This document shows positions 38,798-50,800 of a stretch of DNA of 64,000 nt, one piece after another (within the stretch, counting starts at the first letter, position 1; each line of letters starts with the position of its first letter). A program made the position numbers and the translations under genes. A model generated the notes under the pieces. It saw nothing but the letters and a program-made list of their open reading frames with translations, was not told the DNA's origin and ran no database searches. Source of the stretch: Macrostomum hystrix (Eukaryota > Animalia > Platyhelminthes); contig CATNEN010000038.1 of the NCBI GenBank assembly GCA_950097015.1, forward strand, positions 6,014,001-6,078,000, in the 5' to 3' direction.

Positions 38798-41700
38798 CTA
38801 TTGAAGCCTGCAGAAGTGCTTGCGCCTGTGCTTCTTGTTCATCTGCTTCTGGTGGGGCGCACTCAGCACACACCGAATTCCCAAGGTAAAAACCTGCGCA
38901 ATAAGTCAGGTGATGATGCTTCACACCATGTAACTCATACTCTCAATCCTACTCCCACCTCATCTTAATCCCACTCCCACCTCATCTTAATCCCACTCCC
39001 ACCTCATCTTAATCCCACTCCCACCTCATCTTAATCCCACTCCCACCTCATCTTAATCCCACTCCCACCTCATCTTAATCCCACTCCTACCTCATCTTAA
39101 TCCCACTCCCAGCTCATCTTAATCCCACTCCCAGCTCATCTTAATCCCACTCCCACCTCATCTTAATCCCACTCCCACCTCATCTTAATCCCACTCCCAG
39201 CTCATCTTAATCCCACTCCCACCTCATCTTAATCCCACTCCCACCTCATCTTAATCCCACTCCCACCTCATCTTAATCCCACTCCCAGCTCATCTTAATC
39301 CCACTCCCACCTCATCTTAATCCCACTCCCACCTCATCTTAATCCCACTCCCACCTCATCTTAATCCCACTCCCAGCTCATCTTAATCCCACTCCCACCT
39401 CATCTTAATCCCACTCCCACATCATCTTAATCCTACTCCCACCTCATCTTAATCCAACTCCCACCTCATCTTAATCCCACTCCCACCTCATCTTAATCCC
39501 ACTCCCAGCTCATCTTAATCCCACTCCCACCTCATCTTAATCCCACTCCCACATCATCTTAATCCTACTCCCACCTCATCTTAATCCTACTCCCACCTCA
39601 TCTTAATCCCACTCCCACCTCATCTTAATCCCACTCCCACCTCATCTTAGTCCTACTAACACCTCATCTTAGTCCTACTCCCACCTCATCTCAATCCTAC
39701 TCCCACCTCATCTTAATCCCACTCCCCCCTCATCTCAATCCTACTCCCACCTCATCTTAGTCCTACTAACACCTCATCTTAGTCCTACTAACACCTCATC
39801 TTAGTCCTACTAACACCTCATCTTAGTCCTACTAACACCTCATCTTAGTCCTACTCCCACCTCATCTCAATCCTACTCCCACCTCATCTTAATCCCACTC
39901 CCCCCTCATCTCAATCCTACTCCCACCTCATCTTAATCCCACTCCCACCTCATCTCAATCCTACTCCCACCTCATCTTAGTCCTACTAACACCTCATCTT
40001 AGTCCTACTAACACCTCATCTTAGTCCTACTAACACCTCATCTTAGTCCTACTCCCACCTCATCTTAGTCCTACTCCCACCTCATCTTAATCCCACTCCC
40101 ACCTCATCTTAATCCCACTCCCACCTCATCTTAATCCTACTCCCACATCATCTTAATCCTACTCCCACCTCATCTTAGTCCTACTCCCACCTCATCTTAA
40201 TCCCACTCCCACATCATCTTAGTCCTACTAACACCTCATCTTAGTCCTACTCCCACCTCATCTCAATCCTACTCCCACCTCATCTTAATCCCACTCCCCC
40301 CTCATCTCAATCCTACTCCCACCTCATCTTAATCCCACTCCCACCTCATCTCAATCCTACTCCCACCTCATCTTAATCCCACTCCCACATCATCTTAGTC
40401 CTACTAACACCTCATCTTAGTCCTACTCCCACCTCATCTCAATCCTACTCCCACCTCATCTTAATCCCACTCCCCCCTCATCTCAATCCTACTCCCACCT
40501 CATCTTAATCCCACTCCCACCTCATCTCAATCCTACTCCCACCTCATCTTAGTCCTACTAACACCTCATCTTAGTCCTACTAACACCTCATCTTAGTCCT
40601 ACTAACACATCATCTTAATCCCACTCCCACCTCATCTTAGTCCTACTCCCACCTCATCGTAGTCCTACTCCCACCTCATCTCAATCCTACTCGCACCTCA
40701 TCTTAATACTACTCCCACCTCATCTCAATCCTACTCCCACCTCATTTTAATCCTACTCCCACCTCATCTTAGTCCTACTCCCACCTCATCTTAGTCCTAC
40801 TAACACCTCAGCTTAGTCCTACTAACACCTCATCTTAATCCCACTCCCACCTCATCTCAATCCTATTCCCCCCTCATCATAATCCCACTCCCACCCCATA
40901 TTAATCCTACTCCCACCTTATCTCAATCCCACTCCCACCTCATCTCAATCCTACTTCCACCTCATCTCAATCCCACTTCCACCTCATCTCAATCCTACTT
41001 CCACCTCATCTCAATCCCACTTCCACCTCATCTTAATCCGACTCCCACCTCAATTAATCCCACTCCCACCTCATCTCAATCCTACTCCCACCTCATCTCA
41101 ATCCTACTTCCACCTCATCTCAATCCTACTCCCACCTCATCTCAATCCTACTTCCACCTCATCTTAATCCTACTCCCACCTCATCTCAATCCTACTTCCA
41201 CCTCATCTCAATCCTACTTCCACCTCATCTCAATCCCACTCCCACCTCATCTCAATCCTACTTCCACCTCATCTCAATCCCACTTCCACCTCATCTCAAT
41301 CCTACTTCCACCTTATCTCAATCCCACTTCCACCTCATCTCAATCCCACTTCCACCTCATCTCAATCCTACTTCCACCTCATCTCAATCCCACTTCCACC
41401 TCATCTCAATCCTACTTCCACCTCATCTTAATCCGACTCCCACCTCAATTAATCCCACTCCCACCTCATCTCAATCCTACTCCCACCTCATCTCAATCCT
41501 ACTTCCACCTCATCTCAATCCTACTTCCACCTCATCTCAATCCTACTTCCACCTCATCTCAATCCTACTTCCACCTCATCTCAATCCCACTTCCACCTCA
41601 TCTCAATCCTACTTCCACCTCATCTTAATCCGACTCCCACCTCAATTAATCCCACTCCCACCTCATCTCAATCCTACTCCCACCTCATCTCAATCCTACT

Positions 41701-43287
41701 TCCACCTCATCTCAATCCTACTTCCACCTCATCTCAATCCTACTCCCACCTCAATTAATCCCACTTCCACCTCATCTTAATCCTACTCCCACCTCATCTC
41801 AATCCTACTTCCACCTCATCTCAATCCTACTCCCACCTCATCTTAATCCAACTCCCACCTCATCTCAATCCTACTCGCACCTCATCTTAATCCTACTCCC
41901 ACCTCAATTAATCCCACTCCCACCTCATCTTAATCCCACTCCCACCTCAATTAATCCCACTCCCACCTCATCTTAATCCTACTCCCACCTCAATTAATCC
42001 CACTCCCACTCATCTCAATCCTACTCCCACTCATCTCAATCCTACTCCCACTCATCTCAATCCTACTCCCACTCATATTAATCCTACTCCCTATTAATCC
42101 TAAGTGTGTTGAACAGTTTTATAAATGTGTCTAAAAGTTTTCTAAGTGTGTTTAACAATTTTTGAAAAGTGTGCAATGCAAAAGTTTTCTAAATGTCCAT
42201 TATTTACCACTTTTTTAATGCGCTTAAAAGTTTTTAAATATGTTGAACGGTTAATAATGGTTCTATGCTGCTGGAGGGGGGAATTAGTTCTCTGCTGCTG
42301 GGGGGGGAATTAGTTCTCTGCTGCTGGGGGGGAATTAGTTCTCTGCTGCTGGGGGGGAATTAGTTCTCTGCTCCTGGGGGGAATTCGTTCTTTGCTGCTG
42401 GGGGGGAATTAGTTCTCTGCTCCTGGGGGGAATTCGTTCTTTGCTGCTGGGGGGGAATTAGTTCTCTGCTCCTGGGGGGAATTCGTTCTCTGTAGCTCGG
42501 TAGACACTGGTTTTTTACTGCTGATGGCATAGTATTCACATGTACCTCAGTAGCATTAAGCTGGGTTGTATCAAATGTAAGTTACTTGTGTAATTTTGCC
42601 CCTTGGGGGCTTAGTGTGGTAGTCCTACTCTAATCTCGACTCAATCCTACCCCAAGTCTCATCTCATACCTACTAAAATCTAATCTCCAACCTTCTTAAA
42701 TCCCATCTCACTCCGACTTACACTCATCTCAATACATTCCAAATCCCAAATCCACCCCACTCACTCACGTCTTCCACCATGGAGTTCGTCAGTGCCGAGC
42801 ACTCGATGTAGCCGTCGGCTTCGATTCGCTGCGCCAAGGCTTCTGCCTCGTGCCTCGCCACCAGGCTGCAGCCGTGAAGTCTGGCGTGCTCCTGGAACAC
42901 TCGGTCGTACCGCAGATCCGATTTCGTGCCCACCAGCAGCAGGCGCGCCTCCTTCACGTGAGTCCGCACCTCCGGTGCCCATTTGGCCAGCACATTGTTG
43001 AAGGTCGGCCTGTGCCCGACGCTGAAGCAGATCAGGAAAACGTCGGTCTCCGGATAGGACAGCGGCCGCAGCCTGTCGTAGTCCTCCTGACCGGCGCTGT
43101 CCCACAAGCTGAGCTGGACAGGCCGGCCGTCCATAATGACGCTGCAGTCAAGGTTGTCAAAGACGGTTGGCACGTAGCTGGCAGGGAAGATGCCGGTGGT
43201 GTAGGTTGACAGCAAGCAGGTCTTTCCCGCGCCACCGTCTCCAACAATGACGCACTTCACTTTGATGCGGGGATAGCCGCTCTGCAT
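38798..43287 (-). CDS. Rho-family small GTPase (Rac/Cdc42-like, divergent), 2 coding exons, 204 aa
   Basis: Exon 43287-42769 has GDGGAGKT, YVPTVFDN, LWDSAGQEDYDRLRPLSYP, GTKSDLR and ECSA, and ends at a GTGAGT donor. It joins exon 38893-38798 (acceptor TTGCGCAG), encoding VFTLGIRCVLSAPHQKQMNKKHRRKHFCRLQ* (polybasic region plus CaaX). Confidence 0.9.
38935..42100. repeat. 22-bp C-rich minisatellite CTCCCACCTCATCTTAATCCCA filling the Rho intron
   Basis: Directly visible. Confidence 0.96.
42268..42493. repeat. ~26-bp minisatellite CTGCTGGGGGGGAATTAGTTCTCTG
   Basis: About 9 units; related units on the opposite strand at ~63695-63780. Confidence 0.9.
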
Positions 43288-43404
43288 GCTGCGGTTTGGT
43301 CAGGTGAATTCCGATCGATTCAGGACTCAGGTGAGACGAAAAAAACCTTCAGGATTCAGGGGAGGGGAGAATTTCGTGACTCAGGGGAGAGGGGCAACCT
43401 ACGG

Positions 43405-44747
43405 GACTCAGGGTTCAGGGGAAAGCAAGAAGCTTCAGGACTCAGGGTTCAGGGGAAAGCAAGAGGCTTCAGGACTCAGGGTTCAGGGGAAAGCAAGAAG
43501 CTTCAGGACTCAGGGGAGAGGGGGTGAGAAGCTTCAGGGCTCAGGGGAGAGTGAGCGAGAAGCTTCAGGACTCAAGGGAGAGTGGGCGAGAAGCTTCAGG
43601 GCTCAGGGGAGAGGGGGCGAGAATTCAGGGCTCAGGGGAGAGGGGGCAAAAAGCTTCAGGGCTCAGGGGAGAGGTGGCGAGAAGCTTCAGGGCTCAGGGG
43701 AGAGGTGGCGAGAAGCTTCAGGGCTCAGGGGAGAGGGGGCGAGAATTCAGGGCTCAGGGGAGAGGGGGCGAGAAGCTTCTGGGCTCAGGGGAGAGGGGGC
43801 GAGAAGCTTCAGGGCTCAGGGGAGAGGGGGTGAGAAGCTTCAGGGCTCAGGGGAGAGGGCAAGAAGCTTCAGGGCTCAGGGGAGAGGGGGCGAGAAGCTT
43901 CAGGACTCAGGGGAGATGTGGCGAGAAGCTTCAGGGCTCAGGGGAGAGGGGGCGAGAAGCTTCAGGGCTCAGGGGAGAGTGAGCGAGAAGCTTCAGGACT
44001 CAAGGGAGAGTGGGCGAGAAGCTTCAGGGCTCAGGGGAGAGGGGGCGAGAAGCTTCAGGGCTCAGGGGAGAGTGAGCGAGAAGCTTCAGGACTCAAGGGA
44101 GAGTGGGCGAGAAGCTTCAAGGCTCAGGGGAGAGGTGGCGAGAAGCTTCAGGGCTCAGGGGAGAGGGGGCGAGAAGCTTCAGGGCTCAGGGGAGAGGGGG
44201 CGAGAAGCTTCAGGGCTCAGGGGAGAGGTGGCGAGAAGCTTCAGGGCTCAGGGGAGATGTGGCGAGAAGCTTCAGGGCTCAGGGGAGAGGGGGCGAGAAG
44301 CTTCAGGACTCAAGGGAGAGTGGGCGAGAAGCTTCAGGGCTCAGGGGAGAGGTGGCGAGAAGCTTCAGGGCTCAGGGGAGAGTGGGCGAGAAGCTTCAGG
44401 GCTCAGGGGAGAGGGGGCGAGAAGCTTCAGGGCTCAGGGGAGAGGGGGCGAGAAGCTTCAGGGCTCAGGGGAGAGGTGGCGAGAAGCTTCAGGGCTCAGG
44501 GGAGATGTGGCGAGAAGCTTCAGGGCTCAGGGGAGAGGGGGCGAGAAGCTTCAGGACTCAAGGGAGAGTGGGCGAGAAGCTTCAGGGCTCAGGGGAGAGG
44601 TGGCGAGAAGCTTCAGGGCTCAGGGGAGAGTGGGCGAGAAGCTTCAGGGCTCAGGGGAGAGGGGGCGAGAAGCTTCAGGGCTCAGGGGAGAGGGGGCGAG
44701 AAGCTTCAGGGCTCAGAGGAGAGGGGGCGAGAAGCTTCAGGGCTCAG
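43405..44747. repeat. 31-bp G-rich minisatellite GAGAAGCTTCAGGGCTCAGGGGAGAGGGGGC
   Basis: Directly visible upstream of the Rho start codon; explains the overlapping ORFs in all three + frames. Confidence 0.95.
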
Positions 44748-45297
44748 TGGTAGGCAGAATCAGGCAGAATATAATAGGAAGCTTCTGTAAAAAGAGTCTT
44801 ACGTTAAAGAGCAGATGACAAAAGATTTGGCTGCAAACTTAGTCAGCAATTCCAGATTTAGTCACTAGTGAAGCGCAGACTAACTAAATGTAAAACTTAC
44901 CATTTATAAGCAATCCGTTCAGTGTGTTCAAATATTCCGAATACAGCCACTAAACGTAAATCATGAAGAAGAGCTTTGATAGCTCTGTACTGCTTAAATG
45001 TTAACATATACAAACAAATTGTACCCACAATGTGCCTGTACTATGAAAGTGATGCTTGTTCGAGTTTCGCTGAAAAACCCTCACTGCCGGACATGTGTCA
45101 TAATTGGCCAGTGTTTGCACCGCGACAGGGTGCTGTCTGTCATCACGCTGATGTGCGTGACAACAAAGTAGAGTTGCAGTTGCAACATAAACAGGTTAAT
45201 ATTCAGAGCACCTGGTTGTCTAACTCACACAGGCTAACTTGAACCTGTCTTAAATACACTTCAGGTAAACTAGACCTTGTCACAGATTTACTGCAGG

Positions 45298-45625
45298 CTA
45301 ATACTAATACTAATAATAATAATAATAATTGCAGGAGGGCTGCTGGCAGTGGCACATCATTTGGTGACACCAGACCCGCAGCCAGCGAGGAGGCAATTCT
45401 GCCCATTTCGCTGACTCCTGAGCACACACGCACAGATACTGTACGCAGGCACACGCTCACACAGGTGTGTACATCTGCCCTGACTTTCTCATTGCCAGGC
45501 AGTGTGCACTTCACTGTGCCTTGGAGGTTGGCTCTCAAGGACGTAAATTGTACGACAAGCCCCAAAGCCTTCTCTCCGCGGCTGCGCCCCAAATGAAGCA
45601 GCCTCGCAACGAAATCGAGCTCAGA
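45298..45625 (-). mobile_element. tRNA-derived SINE, 5'-truncated, minus strand
   Basis: Reverse complement of the family body with an (AAT)n tail at the left. Confidence 0.85.
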
Positions 45626-46169
45626 GAAATTGGTCACTGATTTACCACAGGTTAAATATTAGACTCGTTAGTGATTTACTGCAGATCGATTATACCCAGT
45701 GTAGTCTATTGTTATTAAATTTCGAAATCAATATTAGCTACACCTATAGAAATTAATAGACTCCAATCAGATAACATTAATAATTATAGGTTTCTAATCT
45801 TGCAAGTGAAGTAAAATTTTCCACAATTTTAAATGTTCCAAACTAACCATATTAAGCTGCTTAGTTTCAAGTTTTATAGTGTACCAAAAGCTTACTGGCT
45901 GTGTCCAGCGAACCAGGTAAGCACTCATAGTGAAACCTAATACATTATAGTCAAGAAGGCCATAAAAAGAAAAGCCGACAATAAAAATCTCAGGTTAAAA
46001 CTGTCTGCCAGCAGCTTTTCTTTTGCAGAGAAGACAAAAATTAAAGTGTATTGTTAGGAACAATGTCGTAAAAATCAGAGAAATTTAATTTGAAATTTGA
46101 TTTATAATTAAGAAAAACAGAATAAATCGCATTCAAATCAAATTCACATCCCTTATCTATCCCTCAAAT

Positions 46170-46892
46170 ATCAACTCAATCTCAAATCTAATCTCAATCT
46201 CAAATTTTAATCTCAATTCTCATCTCAATCTCAAATCTCTTCTCAATCCTACTCAAATTATATCTCAATCCTACTCACATCCTATTTCAATCCTACCCAC
46301 ATCCTATCTCAATCCTACTCACATCCCATCTCAATCCTACTCACATCCCATCTCAATCCTACTCACATCCCATCTCAATCCTACTCACATCCCATCTCAA
46401 TCCTACTCACATCCCATCTCAATCCTACTCACATCCTATCAAAATCTTACCCACATCCTATCTCAATTCTACTCACATCCCATCTCAATTCTACTCACAT
46501 CCTACCTCAATCCTACTCACATCCCAACTTAATCCTACTCACATTCCAACTTAATCCTACTCACACCCCATCTCAATCCTACTCACATCCCATCTCAATC
46601 CTACTCACATCCCATCTCAATCCTACTCACATCCCATCTTAATCCTACTCACATCCCATCTAAATCCTACTCACATCCCATCTTAATCCTACTCACATCC
46701 TACCTCAATCCTACTCACATCCCATCTCAATCCTACTCACATCCCATCTAAATCCTACTCACATCCCATCTTAATCCTACTCACATCCTACCTCAATCCT
46801 ACTCACATCCCAACTTAATCCTACTCACATTCCAACTTAATCCTACTCACACCCCATCTCAATCCTACTCACATCCCATCTTAATTCTACTC
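46170..46892. repeat. 22-bp minisatellite CTCACATCCCATCTCAATCCTA
   Basis: Directly visible; related to the 38935-42100 unit. Confidence 0.93.
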
Positions 46893-47800
46893 TCCGGCGC
46901 ATACAGATTTTGAAGCTTACCACAATGAGTATGAGATTTTTAAGGTACAAAGTCGAATCACAGCTGTTCAGTGCTTATACTAATCGATGCACATCTGTTT
47001 GAATATGCTAATCATAATAAACTACTAACAGTAATCAGCAAAGAAAGACTCGAACGAATATAAAGTTTGTCTTTTCAAGAAAAAAATTCGAATCCCTGAA
47101 AGCTGCACTGTGTGTGAGCAGACAAGGGTATGCTGGGTAAGTTGAATGAGATCCAAAAAGCATGTGTGTACATTTTTCTGGCTAGCCAATCACAATAAAA
47201 ATGTGTCTAGCAGAAGCAAAGCGTAAGAGATTCTCTACCTGAAAATGGCAGTTCGTTGTTCAAATGCTCTTTTAAAAACAAATCATCCGAACTCCAGTAC
47301 TCGCCCCATTTTCGCTAGTAAAACGCAAAAAATTTACGAAATAAAAGTAGGCAAAAAATACGTAATAGATTCATCTGTAGTGCAAAAATACAAAGACTAG
47401 TTGTAAGCAAGCAAAACTGATTGTCTATTGTAGACCGCTTAAAATTTTAGCTCACACTAAAATGAAACTTCGATTTGAGATTAAAATTAGAGAGCTGAAC
47501 TAGCTGGCGACTGCTGTTGTTGATAAGGCTGCGGATGATGAAACTGCTACTGATGCTGTCGTTGTTGTTGTTGCAGCAGCAGCTTCTGTGGCTGATGATG
47601 AAACTGCTACTAATGCTGTCGTTGTTGCAGCAGCTTCTGCGGACGATGATGCAGCAGCTTAATGCTGTCGTTGTTTTTTCTTGCTGCTGATGCTGCTAGT
47701 GCTTATTGAACCTTAATGTTGTTGTTTCTACTGCTTCCGCTGCAGCTTCTGATACTACTTCTGTTGTTTATGGATTCACTTCGCAATGACGGGCGAACAG

Positions 47801-50800
47801 TCAGCGCTCCTCGAACTTGCTGTTGAGTTTGGCAGATTGCAGGCAGCCAATCAGGGCGCCCAGAATGATCAGAACTCCAGTTAGCTGGAAGGCCAGATTA
47901 AAGTCCAACGGATAGTCCAGCCCGGAGTCGATGCTGGCAGCGAATATGCTGCCCGAGATGAGGGGGCCGAGTAGGCGGCCAAGGGAGCTCCAGGCCATGG
48001 AGATGCCGTTCATGGAGCCCACCAGGTCAGCTGGGACCGCGTTGTTCACCAACAGGGCGGTGCAGGAAAACGACGTCAAGAAGGACTGGTTGAGCAGGCA
48101 GAGCAGAACTATGCTCAGACTCCATACGAGGGCCGGCCTGTGTGAGAAGCAGCAGGACACTGATCAAAGGAATTTTGTACTTTATGATATGAGATTGTAC
48201 TTTAGAGCATGAGATTGTAGGCCAGGGTATGAGATTGTAGGTCAGGGTACGAGATTGTAGGTCAGGGTACGAGATTGTGGGTCAGGGTACGAGATTGTAG
48301 GTCAGGGTACGAGATTGTAGGTCAGGGTACGAGATTGTAGGTCAGAGTACGAGATTGTGGGTCAGGGTACGAGATTGTAGGTCAGGGTACGAGATTGTGG
48401 GTCAGGGTACGAGATTGTAGGTCAGGGTACGAGATTGTGGGTCAGGGTATGAGATTGTAGATTAGGGCATGAGATCGTACTTTAAGGTATGATATTGTAG
48501 GCTATAGAATGAGATTTGACTTTAGGGTATGAGATAATTGTGAGTTATGGGTATGAAATTTGACTTGAGGGTACGGTACTAAAAAGACGAAAATTAAGGC
48601 TCGAAAAGCGGTAAATTAGATTGTACTTTTAGTTACTAAAGAAAGGAAATCACAGAGATGATATATTGAGCTACGGAGGATTAGATCTTTAAGCAGAGCA
48701 TGTGACTGTACAAAAGCTAGACTCACGTATGCAGAGCGTAATGCACCAGAGGCAGGATCACTGAGCACACCAGAGTTAGTGTCAGAGTGTGCATGAAGAG
48801 CTGCGGAGATTTCATCGTGAAGTTGTCATTAAATCAGTGATTTTACATTTCACACTACTGATAAGGAATGTCAGTAGTGCAATCAGCACATTACAATTTA
48901 AAAAATCACTTAAAGAAACACGGCATAAACTGCGAGCGTATTTACCCGAGTAGCGCCAAGCCTCCGTTCAAGCAGCGGGAAGGATATCGGCTGCAGGACC
49001 ATCAGCGAGACCGCGGACAGGCTGAGCAGGGTGGCCAAACTCTGGGCTGAGAAGCCAAGCCCGCCGTAGAAGGTGCTAGTTGGGATCCATACAATCAACA
49101 GGGTGTTGATGTACACTGTGTTGAGCGACTGCAGAAAATACTGAGCTGCCGGAGTGAAAGAAAGCAAATAAGACTGCACCTAGCCTTGTAGCACTGGCAT
49201 GAGTCAGTTTCATCAGGTGTCAAACTAATATTGCTCAACCTTCAGGATGCTACCACTGAACCTTCAGGATGCTACCACTGAACCTTCAGGAAGCTACCAC
49301 TGAACCTTCGGGAAGCTACCACTGAACCTTCAGGAAGCTACCACTGAACCTTCAGGAAGCTACCGCTAAACTTCCTGGATGTTACCATGAACCTTCATTT
49401 TCATGATATTACCACTGAAAATTCAAGATGCTACCACTGAACCTTCAGGACGACTAAAGCTACCAATGATTCCTCTGTGACACTTTAAAATCTAAAAGTA
49501 CACAAGAAGTTGAGTTAAAAAACCTTGCGAAATCTGGCAGCCTCACCAATGACCTGGATGCACTCGCAGTTGAGCATGATCCTGCCCAGGTTGCTGGCTC
49601 TAAATCTGTCAACCAATGACCGCTTGGCTCGCGCCTCCTCCACAGCTGGCTTTGTTAAATCCTCCGCCGTCGCAGTCAGCTCAGTTCGGGTAGCGTAGGC
49701 ATTGGAGGTGAAATCCGCGGTGGCGGTGGCCGGTGACAGACAGTTCTCGGCTGACACGGCCGCGAGCATGGCGATGGAACGGCTTCGGCTGCTGACGGTC
49801 GGGCGCTGTCGGCCAACTGGTTCACTGACGTTCGGCATCGATCGGAAATCCTGAAAATTTCAGTGGGCTACATTTTTTAGTATCCTTAGCTTTGAAAAAA
49901 TACGAGAAATCTCGTTGTCCTTGCGTGGTTGTCCCTCATGGGTGAAAATTTCACGACAATTCCACCAAGCCTTCTCTCTGCGGCTGCGCCCCAAATTAAT
50001 GTCAACTAACTACGAGCAGAATAAGCGTCAAGCGTCTTGCCTAAGGACAATACATTTTCTCCCTGGTTGAATTGTCACTGGTTAACAAAGGACAGTTTGT
50101 TAACCCGGTTCTAGTCCCTGTCTTACCTCAGACGCAAGGGGGCGGGTGAGTGGTACAGCGGTTAACGCGTTTGCCTCTCGCACCAAGGTCCCTGAGCTCG
50201 ATTTCGCGGCGAGGACACATTTATTTGGGGCGCAGCCGCGGAGAGAAGGCTCGTGGGGTTGTCGTGCAATTTACGCCGTTGAGGGCCAACCTCCAAAGGC
50301 CCAGTAAAGTGTACACTGCCTGACGATGAGAAAGTCAGGGCGGATGTACACACCCGCGTGAGCGTGTGTACCTCTGTACGGTATCTATGAGCGAGTGTGC
50401 TCAGAATTGCCTACTCGCTGGCTCGCTGGCACACCATTGAGTCTAGTGTCACCAAATGGTGTGCCATTGCATGCAGCCCTCCCACAATTATTATTATTAC
50501 CTCAGCCGCAGTCGCCTCGTCTCCATTGGCCCGACCTCCCTTCCTCGACTTGCCCGCCTGACCGCTGCTGGTGGAGGCCCAACGCCGCCTCTGCCGCCGC
50601 TCTCCGTCCTTCAGTTGGTCACTGTCAGTTACATCCGCGGCTTCCTCTATGAGGATCAAAGGCACAGACGCCGCCGTGGCAGCCGCGGTGGCGGTCAGAT
50701 TATCGTCTTCGACGTCAATGGCGATGCCACCGCGATGAGGCTCACGAAGCAGAAAAAACGACACCAACAGAACGGAGGCAGTGAATGCGGACAGTGCTAT

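Noticed and set aside
43286-44818. 510-aa ORF and overlapping G/R/E-rich ORFs
   Set aside because: Stop-free 31-bp minisatellite, open in all + frames.
47505-47770. GCT/GTT/GAT-rich tract
   Set aside because: Low-complexity 3'-UTR region of the MFS gene with stops; no coherent ORF.
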